Assembly (NCBI RefSeq): GCF_042660085.1
Contig: NZ_JBHSTI010000027.1
Span: 1 to 6,959, forward strand
DNA from: Longivirga aurantiaca
GTDB lineage: Bacteria; Actinomycetota; Actinomycetes; S36-B12; CAIYMF01
Direction: 5' to 3'
Length of the DNA: 6,959 bases
Shown here: in pieces, positions 1 to 6,634 of the stretch
Position numbering within the stretch: the first letter of the stretch is position 1
Layout of the letters: each line of letters starts with the position of its first letter
The notes under the pieces: generated by a model
Database searches by the model: none
The model's input: only the letters and a program-made list of their open reading frames with translations
What the model was told of the DNA's origin: nothing
Translations under genes and position numbers: made by a program

Positions 1-78
1 CAGCAGGCCGAGCTCCGCCCACCGCCGGTCGGGCTGGCGGTAGCGGGGGACGGCGGGTGCCGTGGCGGGTGTGGTCAC
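1..78 (-). CDS. FtsW/RodA/SpoVE-family cell-cycle protein, N-terminal 26 codons only (continues beyond the window edge)
   Basis: Minus-strand GTG at 78..76 overlaps the pstP stop (GTGA). It translates as MTTPATAPAVPRYRQPDRRWAELGLL..., open to the window edge and resembling the cytoplasmic N-terminus before TM1 of actinobacterial RodA/FtsW proteins. The position directly after pstP matches the conserved fhaA-fhaB-pstP-rodA order. Confidence 0.72.
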   Translation of the reverse strand, partial: MTTPATAPAVPRYRQPDRRWAELGLL

Positions 79-1487
79 GGGCTCGCCGAGGCGCTGGGGG
101 ACGTGGTGGCGGACGGCGAGGCGGAGGCCGACGGGGAGGCGTCAATGCCGCCGTCGCCGTCGCCGCCGCCGTCGCCGGGAGCGTCCGGGCAGCCCGGCGT
201 GGTCGGCACGGCGGCGCACTGCGCGGCGCGCTCGGACAGCCGCTGCACCACCTGCTGCGCGTCGGCGAGGGAGTCGGTGGCGATGGTGCCCTCGACCTGC
301 ATGGCCTCGAAGTCCGGGAGCGAGTCCATCGTGATGGTCGAGCGCTCCTCCACGGACGACAGGCTGATCGGGCCGATCGAGCCGGGAACGCCGTTGAAGA
401 TCGCGACGTAGCCGCCGTCGTTGCCGACGTACCACTGGCCGCGGGCCCACGTCATCGTGATGGCGATCAGGCCGATGAGCACCGCGACGATCGCGACCAC
501 CGCACCGACCGCCCAGAACCAGCGCCGGCTGATCCCCTGGCGGGACGCGCCCTGCTCCTCGCGGTAGACCCGGCCGATCGGGGCGACGCCGGCCTCCCCG
601 GTGGACGACTGGGTCGACACCTTCACGACCTGCGCGGGGCGTGAGTCGATCTGCGCGTCGGCGGGGAAGGTGAGCTCGGGCAGGCGCTCGCGGTTGCGCG
701 GCTCGCCGGCGGCGCCCACCACCACCGGTGCCTCGGGCTCGACATCGGACCCGGGCTCCACGGCGACGACGTCGGCGACGACGCACGTGACGTTGTCGGG
801 GGCGCCGGCCTCGAGGGCTGCGTCGACGAGCGCGGTGACCGCCGCGGTGGGGTCGGCGACGGCGAGGAGGCGCGCGATGTCGACGTCGGAGACGTAGCCG
901 CAGAGGCCGTCGCTGCAGACGAGGTAGCGGTCTCCGGCGCGGGCCTCACGGACCGAGACGTCGGGCTCGGCAGGGTGCACGCCGTCGATCGCGCGCATGA
1001 GCAGGTTGCGGCGAGGGTGGCGCGTGGCCTCCTCCGGCGTGATGCGGCCGGAGTCGATGAGGGTCTGCACGTACGTGTGGTCGCGGGTGACCTGGCGCAT
1101 CTCGCCCTCGCGCAGCAGGTAGGCGCGCGAGTCGCCGACGTGCAGAACCGCGACGCGCGGCGGGTCGCCGCCGAGCCAGGCGAGCGCGGTGAGCGTGGTG
1201 CCCATGCCTGCGAGCTCGGGGTTGGCCGAGACGACGTCGGCGATGCGCTCGCTCGTGACGACGACCGCCTCGGACAGCCGCTCGAGGGCCTCGACGTCGG
1301 ACAGCCCGCCGGGCTCGACCTCGGACATCGTCGCGATCGCGGCGGCGGACGCGAGCTCGCCGGCAGCGTGGCCGCCCATGCCGTCGGCGACGACGAGCAG
1401 CTGGTCGCCGGCGTACCCGGAGTCCTCGTTGCCGCTGCGGACGAGGCCGATGTCGGAGCGCGCGGCGGAGCGCAGCATCAGGGACAT
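75..1487 (-). CDS. pstP: PP2C-family Ser/Thr protein phosphatase, membrane anchored (PstP/Ppp type), 470 aa
   Basis: Starts ATG at 1487 (MSLMLRSAARSDIGLVRSGNEDSGYAGDQLLVVADGMGGHAAGELAS), with PP2C motifs RSGNEDS, VADGMGGHAAGE, HVGDSRAYLLREG, SDGLCGYV and DNVTCVVADV. These are followed by a TM helix (FWAVGAVVAIVAVLIGLIAITMTW) and an extracellular domain. The ORF track extends to 1700 only because there is no earlier in-frame stop, and that part overlaps fhaB. Operon context supports the call. Confidence 0.95.
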   Translation of the reverse strand: MSLMLRSAARSDIGLVRSGNEDSGYAGDQLLVVADGMGGHAAGELASAAAIATMSEVEPGGLSDVEALERLSEAVVVTSERIADVVSANPELAGMGTTLTALAWLGGDPPRVAVLHVGDSRAYLLREGEMRQVTRDHTYVQTLIDSGRITPEEATRHPRRNLLMRAIDGVHPAEPDVSVREARAGDRYLVCSDGLCGYVSDVDIARLLAVADPTAAVTALVDAALEAGAPDNVTCVVADVVAVEPGSDVEPEAPVVVGAAGEPRNRERLPELTFPADAQIDSRPAQVVKVSTQSSTGEAGVAPIGRVYREEQGASRQGISRRWFWAVGAVVAIVAVLIGLIAITMTWARGQWYVGNDGGYVAIFNGVPGSIGPISLSSVEERSTITMDSLPDFEAMQVEGTIATDSLADAQQVVQRLSERAAQCAAVPTTPGCPDAPGDGGGDGDGGIDASPSASASPSATTSPSASASP

Positions 1488-1491
1488 GGCG

Positions 1492-1983
1492 TCACTTCCG
1501 CAGCTCGAGCACGGTGCGGCCGACCTTGAGCTGGTGGCCGACCGAGAGCGGCGTCGGGCTGGTGATGCGCGACCGGTCGACCCAGGTGCCGTTGGTCGAG
1601 CCGAGGTCGGTGACGATCCACGTGCTGCCCGTGAGCGAGATGCGGGCGTGGTTGTTGCTCGCGTAGTCGTCGTCGAGCACGAGGGTGGAGTCGGGTGCAC
1701 GGCCGATCGTGACGTCGGCGGCCCCCAGGGGGATCACCGTGCCGGTGAGCGGTCCCTCGACCACCACGAGGCTGCGGGCACCGCCCTTGGCGGCCTTGGG
1801 CGCCTTGGGCGCGCGCGGCGCGGCGGGCGCCTGCCCGCCGCGCGGGACGCGGGCGGGGACGAGCATCCGGGCGTCGCGGGGGGCCTTGAGGTCGCGGCGC
1901 AGCACGAGGATCGCCACGATCACGAGCAGCCAGACGAGCGCCAGGAATCCGAGGCGCAGCAGGGTGAGGAGGAGCTCCGACAC
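1492..1983 (-). CDS. fhaB: FHA-domain protein with N-terminal TM helix (FhaB/FipA type), 163 aa
   Basis: GTG start at 1983. N-terminal TM (LLLTLLRLGFLALVWLLVIVAILVLRRDL) and C-terminal FHA domain (VTIGRAPDSTLVLDDDYASNNHARISLTGSTWIVTDLGSTNGTWVDRSRI). Lies between fhaA and pstP; its stop is 4 nt before the pstP ATG. Confidence 0.95.
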   Translation of the reverse strand: MSELLLTLLRLGFLALVWLLVIVAILVLRRDLKAPRDARMLVPARVPRGGQAPAAPRAPKAPKAAKGGARSLVVVEGPLTGTVIPLGAADVTIGRAPDSTLVLDDDYASNNHARISLTGSTWIVTDLGSTNGTWVDRSRITSPTPLSVGHQLKVGRTVLELRK

Positions 1984-1987
1984 GGGC

Positions 1988-2692
1988 TCACCCCGCCCGG
2001 AACGTCAGCCGAACGCTTCCGAGCTGCACGGTCGCGCCATCGCGCAGGACCACCTCGCCGACCTGGACCCCGTCGACGTACGTGCCGTTGGTCGAGCCGA
2101 GGTCGCGCAGCACGACCTCGCGGCCGAGCAGGATCTCGGCGTGGTGGCGCGAGACGCCGGGGTCGTCGACGCGGATGTCGACGTCGCTGCCGCGGCCGAT
2201 GCGCGTGACGGCCCGGCTGAGCGGGTGGTCGACGTCGTCGCCGACGAGGCGCGGGTGGCCGGCGTCGGGGCGGCTGCCCGGGATGGACGGCGTGCGCGCG
2301 GGGTTCGGCGCGCTCGCCACCCCGGCCTTCGCCTCGCTGTGCACGCGGAACAGGCCGGTCTCGAGCGAGTCGTCGCGGGCGAGGGTGATCTCGGTACCGC
2401 CGAGGAACGTGTAGCGCTGCTCCTCCGCGTGCTCGCGCACCATCGTGCCGAGCTCCTCGGTGAGGGTGCCGGCATACACGCTGAGGCGGTCGTGGTCGTG
2501 CGGGCTGAGGTCGACGACGAAGACGTTGGGCACCACGGTGCGGCCGCGGCTGACCACGGCGGCCCGGTCGTCCATCTCGCGGGTGAGGGCCGAGGCGATC
2601 TCGACGGGCTGCACCTCGGCCTTGAAGGCGCGCGCGAAGGCACCGTTGACCATGCGGTCGAGCCGCTGCTCGAAGCGGTCGAGCAGACCCAC
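1988..2692 (-). CDS. fhaA: FhaA-type protein: N-terminal DUF3662 domain and C-terminal FHA domain, 234 aa
   Basis: GTG start at 2692 preceded by a GGGAGG-like RBS. N-terminus MGLLDRFEQRLDRMVNGAFARAFKAEVQPVEIASALTREMDDRA is characteristic of DUF3662. C-terminal FHA: VTRIGRGSDVDIRVDDPGVSRHHAEILLGREVVLRDLGSTNGTYVDG. Confidence 0.95.
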   Translation of the reverse strand: MGLLDRFEQRLDRMVNGAFARAFKAEVQPVEIASALTREMDDRAAVVSRGRTVVPNVFVVDLSPHDHDRLSVYAGTLTEELGTMVREHAEEQRYTFLGGTEITLARDDSLETGLFRVHSEAKAGVASAPNPARTPSIPGSRPDAGHPRLVGDDVDHPLSRAVTRIGRGSDVDIRVDDPGVSRHHAEILLGREVVLRDLGSTNGTYVDGVQVGEVVLRDGATVQLGSVRLTFRAG

Positions 2693-2882
2693 CGCGCCTC
2701 CCTCAGTGCCGAGGCGGGTGCCGGGTCGGCGGATGCCCCGCCCCGGGCGATCACCGCCGTCCCATGATCGTAACTGCCGGGATGCGGCAGACCGTTCCTT
2801 CGCAGCCCCGGGTCTGCCGTTCTGTGACCGGAATCGGCGGTTCGTAACGGCTCCGACCTGCGTGTTAGCCTTCTCCCCGCAC

Positions 2883-2966
2883 GCGCGAGTGGCGGAATAG
2901 GCAGACGCGCACGGTTCAGGTCCGTGTACCCGAAAGGGTGTGGGGGTTCAACTCCCCCCTCGCGCA
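2883..2966 (+). tRNA. tRNA-Leu, anticodon CAG
   Basis: Manual cloverleaf: acceptor GCGCGAG (2883-2889) pairs with CTCGCGC (2959-2965), discriminator A2966. Anticodon stem CACGG/CCGTG encloses loop TTCAGGT with anticodon CAG at 2917-2919. Class II long variable arm (TACCCGAAAGGGTG region). T arm GGGGG-TTCAACT-CCCCC. The 3' CCA is not encoded. Confidence 0.97.
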
Positions 2967-2985
2967 CGTGAGAGTTCTGTACGTG

Positions 2986-3021
2986 TGAGCACCGCTCCTC
3001 CGTAGGGGTGAGCAGTGCTCA
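2986..3021 (+). terminator. Putative hairpin terminator for tRNA-Leu
   Basis: TGAGCAC(c)GCTC-CTCC-GTA-GGGG(t)GAGC(a)GTGCTCA: 15 paired positions (one G-U), one internal mismatch, one bulge and a 3-nt loop, starting 20 nt after the tRNA. No U-tract, which is common in actinobacteria. Confidence 0.6.
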
Positions 3022-3345
3022 GGTGTAGGACTCGAAGAGCGCCCCCAGCCGATGGCTGGGGGCGCTGCTTCATGTCGGTCAGGACTGATGCCTCGGTTGA
3101 TGAGCCGGTACCCATCTCCTCGGCGCTGACGTCGAACTGCTCCGCGAGGAGTTCGACCACGCGACTGGTGCTGCCCGATCGAACTCGGAGGTCGGAGACA
3201 GCCCCCCGGACGGCGTCCTCGGGCATGAGAAGCGCGGCTGCGAACCTGTTCGCCAGGATCCCCTCCCGATCTGTCGCCGGCGAGGACAGGTCGTTGCGCC
3301 AGTTGACGCGCACGTAGACGCTCTCAACTGGACTCTTCCCTTCAC
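3000..3345 (-). pseudogene. Remnant of an ImmA/IrrE-family (DUF955) metallopeptidase, C-terminal part; start, catalytic motif and intact C-terminus absent
   Basis: Minus-strand translation YVRVNWRNDLSSPATDREGILANRFAAALLMPEDAVRGAVSDLRVRSGSTSRVVELLAEQFDVSAEEM resembles the segment after HExxH in ImmA/IrrE proteins (EANxFAAxLLMP ... LAxxFxVSxEAMxYRLxNLG). No HExxH upstream in frame. The YRLINRG motif lies in another frame directly after EEM, indicating a frameshift. Boundaries are approximate. Confidence 0.65.
3034..3071. terminator. Second hairpin, perfect 13-bp stem with 3-nt loop (possible bidirectional terminator)
   Basis: AGCGCCCCCAGCC (3038-3050) - GAT - GGCTGGGGGCGCT (3054-3066) is a perfect inverted repeat. 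It extends by 4 bp, GAAG (3034-3037) with CTTC (3068-3071), across one bulged G at 3067. Confidence 0.65.
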
Positions 3346-3773
3346 GTCGCACGACGTCATTCGGGACAGCGCCATTCGCTGGGTCGGCTCGATGTCCGCG
3401 GAGAGGACCGCACGAGCGCAAGCGCGAGGCGGCCGCGATGCCGGGCGGCGGGCGAGCGGGACGGCGCAGCCCCACGATCCGTCGTCAGAGTCCGACAGCC
3501 TCGAGAGCCGTGAGGCGCCGCCCCCCGGCGTCCGTGGCCCCAGCGCCAGCTCCCTGAACGCGCGTGGCCCACGCGTCAAGCTCCGCCTGCAGTGATCCCG
3601 AACCGGTGTACCCGCGCGACAGAACTCTCGGCCGTTATCTGACCGGAGTCCATGCTGTGCATCAGACCCCCTGGAACCGCGTGACGTGCTCGTCCACGGT
3701 GTCGAGCGCGCCGGGCGGGCGGGCCCTGCGGCGTCGGCAGGCGACGGGGCGCCTCCTGGCGGGAGGATCAGAT

Positions 3774-6509
3774 GTGATCGTGGGGAGGTCCGACGAGCTC
3801 CGCGCCTTCGAGGAGTTGCTCGACTCGCTGGCCGCCGGCCGTCCGTGCCATCTGCTGGTGGTCGGGGACGCCGGCATCGGCAAGACGGTGCTGCTGCAGG
3901 CCGCGGCCGCTGCGGCCAGGGCGCGGGGAGTGTCGGTGCTCGAGGTGACCGGCGTGCCGGGCGAGCGGGCGCTGCCGGGGGCGACGCTGTGGCTGCTCGC
4001 GTCGCGCCTGGAGGCGGTCGGCGTCGAGAGCGAGGCGATCGAGGAGCTGCGGGCGGTGTCGGCGCGCGCGTCGGCAGGGCCGCCGCTGCTGCGGGCGCTC
4101 GCCGTGGCCGCCGCGATGAGCCCCGTCCTGCTGGTCGCCGACGACGTGCACTGGTGGGACCCGCTCTCCGTGGCGGCGCTGCAGTTCGCCGCGCGCCGCC
4201 TGGCCGTAGATCCCGTGGCCGTGCTCGCCGCGGGCCGCCCCCAGGTGCTCGAGGATCGCGGCTTCGCGGCCGTCCCCCGCCTCGAGGTCGGCCCGGTGCC
4301 CCGGGACCTGGCCGGCGAGCTGGCCCGGTCGGTCGCTCCCGAGACCGTGGAGAGCGTCGCTCGCGGGCTGTGGTCGAGGCTCGGCGGCAACACCCTCGCC
4401 GTCGTGGAGACCGCCGCACGGCTCACGCCCGACGAGCAGCGCGGCACGGCGCCGGTGCCGGAGGACCTCCCGGTCGGCCCCGGGGTCGTGACGCGCTGGG
4501 CCTCGGAGGTCGACACGCTGCCGGAGCGGTCGCGGCTGGCGCTGGCCGTCCTGGCGGTCGTGTCCGCGGACGAGACCCTCGGGGCCGCGCTGTCGGCCGC
4601 AGGCGTGGACGCCGAGGACCTCCTGCCCGCGGAGGCCGGTGGGCTGGTCAGGCTGGATGCGCTGCGCTGGCAGTTCCGCCACCCCCTCGTGCGCCCGGCA
4701 GTGCTCGCGGCCGAGCCGCCCGCCACCGTGCGCCGCGCGCACGCGGCGGCGGCCGACGCCCTCGTCGGTCTCGCCACGACGCCGCACCTCGTGCTGCGCC
4801 GCGCCCGCCACCGGGCCGCGGCCGCTCTGGGGCCCGAGGCCTCCCTCGCCCGCGACCTCACGGCCGAGGCCGAGCTCCTCGCCCGGCTCGGCGCGCACGG
4901 CGCGGCCGCCGACGCGTACGACCTCGCAGCAGCGGCGGACCCGGACCCTGCCTCGGCCGCCGAGCGGCTGGCACGGGCCGCGGCGCACGCGCTCGAGGAC
5001 TTCGACGACGACTCCGCGGTCCGCCTCGGGCGGGCGGGGCTCGCGCATTCGCCCGAGCCGCGGGTGCGCGGCTCCCTGCTGCGGATCACCGGCGCGGCGC
5101 TGGGCCGTGTCCAGAATGCGACCGAGGGCCGGCACCTGCTCACGCGGAGCCTGGACCTCCTCGAGGGGCCGGAGCGCGCGGAGGCTGCGCGCGACCTGCT
5201 CTTCACCCTCGACCTGACGACGGAGCCGGAGGCCCGGGTGCGGGCGCTCGTCGACGAGCTCGGCCCCGCCGACCTCCTCGCGCCCGTCGACCGGCTCCTC
5301 CTGGCGCACACGGTCTTCCACGTCGACCCGGGCGCGGAGGCCCGCCTGACGCTCGAGCAGGCACTGCTCGCCGTCGACGACGACGAGGCCGTGGCGTCGG
5401 GGCGGACGGTGGAGACCCTCATGAACGCTGCGTTCTGCCTCGGCCTCGAGGTGTCGGCACCGCGTCTGCGCCGGGCGGTGGTGACGCTCTCGTCGTCCGG
5501 TGACCCGCGGCGGCGGCTCGAGGGGCTGGGCATCGACCAGATGCTCGCGTTCTGGGACGGTCGCTGGCGGCACCTGCTCGACATGGTCGAGGAGACCCGG
5601 GAGCTCACCGAGGCGATCGGCCGCGTCGACCTGTACTCCGACGGCCTGGAGCTGCAGGTGCTGGCCCGGCGGGCCCTCGCGGCCGAGTTCGCGCCCGTCC
5701 TCGCGCGAGCCCGGACTCTGATGTCGGCCGCCGGGATGGACTACTGGGCGGCGGCGCTGCCGGGCGAGGAGGCGATGCTGGCGCTGGCCGAGGGCCGGAC
5801 CGAGCGCGCGATCGAGCTCGTGAGCTCCGAGCTCGACCACCTCCCGGCGCACACGAGTGCGCACGCGGTGCACGCGGACCACCTCGTGACCCTGACCGAG
5901 GCCCTGGCCGACGCCGGCCGGGTCGGCGACGCCGCGGAGGTGCGCGAGCGGCTGCGGCTCATGCTCGGTGCGTCGCCCAGCGCGCTCGGCGAGGGCTTCC
6001 TCGCGCGGACCGCGGCGGCGGTGGCGGAGGACGCCGAGGTGGCCGACCTGCTCGGCGAGGCCGAGGGGTTTCTCGAGGTCGGCATGCACGTGTTCGAGCT
6101 GGCCATGACCCGGCTGCGCCTTGCCCGGTGGCTGCGGCGGCACCGTCGCCGCCGCGAGGCAGCGGAGCGCCTCGAGCTGGCGCTCGCCGCCTTCGAGCAC
6201 CTCGAGTGCCGCACCTGGGCCGACCAGTGCCGGGCGGAGCTGCGGGCGGTCGGCGTCGACGTGACCCGCCACGACCGCTACGACACCCGGGCGCAGCTGA
6301 CGGCCCAGGAGCGCCGGGTGGTCGACGTGGTCGGCGCCGGCGCGACCAACGACGAGGCTGCCCGCCAGCTCTTCCTGTCGCCGCGGACGGTGGAGGCTCA
6401 CCTCACCCACGTCTACCGCAAGCTCGGCGTCCGCGGCCGCACCGAGCTCGCCCGCCTCGCCACGGCCCACGACGGGCCGAGCTCCCGGACCCTCGTCCGC
6501 AACCCCTGA
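3774..6509 (+). CDS. Large ATP-binding LuxR-family transcriptional regulator (LAL-like: N-terminal AAA ATPase, helical/TPR-like middle, C-terminal LuxR HTH), about 911 aa
   Basis: Walker A GDAGIGKT (3864-3887), Walker B-like SPVLLVADDVHWWDP, long Ala/Leu/Glu-rich helical middle, and C-terminal HTH LTAQERRVVDVVGAGATNDEAARQLFLSPRTVEAHLTHVYRKLGVRGRTELARLA (about 6297-6461). GTG at 3774 has RBS GGGAGGA (3761-3767) and gives MIVGRSDELRAFEELL, a normal start for this family. Confidence 0.93.
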   Translation: MIVGRSDELRAFEELLDSLAAGRPCHLLVVGDAGIGKTVLLQAAAAAARARGVSVLEVTGVPGERALPGATLWLLASRLEAVGVESEAIEELRAVSARASAGPPLLRALAVAAAMSPVLLVADDVHWWDPLSVAALQFAARRLAVDPVAVLAAGRPQVLEDRGFAAVPRLEVGPVPRDLAGELARSVAPETVESVARGLWSRLGGNTLAVVETAARLTPDEQRGTAPVPEDLPVGPGVVTRWASEVDTLPERSRLALAVLAVVSADETLGAALSAAGVDAEDLLPAEAGGLVRLDALRWQFRHPLVRPAVLAAEPPATVRRAHAAAADALVGLATTPHLVLRRARHRAAAALGPEASLARDLTAEAELLARLGAHGAAADAYDLAAAADPDPASAAERLARAAAHALEDFDDDSAVRLGRAGLAHSPEPRVRGSLLRITGAALGRVQNATEGRHLLTRSLDLLEGPERAEAARDLLFTLDLTTEPEARVRALVDELGPADLLAPVDRLLLAHTVFHVDPGAEARLTLEQALLAVDDDEAVASGRTVETLMNAAFCLGLEVSAPRLRRAVVTLSSSGDPRRRLEGLGIDQMLAFWDGRWRHLLDMVEETRELTEAIGRVDLYSDGLELQVLARRALAAEFAPVLARARTLMSAAGMDYWAAALPGEEAMLALAEGRTERAIELVSSELDHLPAHTSAHAVHADHLVTLTEALADAGRVGDAAEVRERLRLMLGASPSALGEGFLARTAAAVAEDAEVADLLGEAEGFLEVGMHVFELAMTRLRLARWLRRHRRRREAAERLELALAAFEHLECRTWADQCRAELRAVGVDVTRHDRYDTRAQLTAQERRVVDVVGAGATNDEAARQLFLSPRTVEAHLTHVYRKLGVRGRTELARLATAHDGPSSRTLVRNP

Positions 6510-6634
6510 CCGGCACCCCTGATCCGAGGCCGGCGCGCGCGTGACAGGTTGCGGGGTTTCCCGGATTCCCCGTACGACGGCATCGGAGAGCCTGGAGTCG
6601 TCAGGAAAGCAGGGGAACGATTCAGGAGGCCATC

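Noticed and set aside
130-185. Repetitive GCCGTCGCCGTCGCCGCC stretch that might look like a tandem repeat or CRISPR-like array
   Set aside because: It is simply the codons for the Asp/Gly/Ser/Pro-rich tail of PstP on the minus strand; no unique spacers.
1189-2767. Overlapping + strand ORFs (1189-2208, 1685-2767, 975-1529) across the fha/pstP genes
   Set aside because: They lie antisense to well-supported fhaA/fhaB/pstP reading frames and show no domain signature; high-GC spurious ORFs.
2942-2966. Possible attachment-site duplication of the tRNA-Leu 3' end (GGGGGTTCAACTCCCCCCTCGCGCA)
   Set aside because: No second copy seen by eye in the remainder of the window and no integrase gene present, so an integrated element boundary cannot be supported here.
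3079-4419. 446-codon minus-strand ORF
   Set aside because: Arg/Pro-rich low-complexity translation overlapping both the LuxR start and the ImmA/IrrE remnant in a wrong frame.
3686-5503. 605-codon + strand ORF in a second frame
   Set aside because: Overlaps the true LuxR frame almost completely; Arg/Gly/Ala-rich product without homology-like motifs.
3662-5608. 648-codon minus-strand ORF (Ser/Arg/Ala-rich)
   Set aside because: Antisense shadow of the LuxR CDS, with no recognisable motif and a compositionally artefactual protein.
3768-6470. 900-codon minus-strand ORF opposite the LuxR gene
   Set aside because: Low-complexity Arg/Gly/Glu/His-rich translation without domains. It is the frame expected to stay open opposite a high-GC gene; the + strand frame has clear Walker and HTH motifs.
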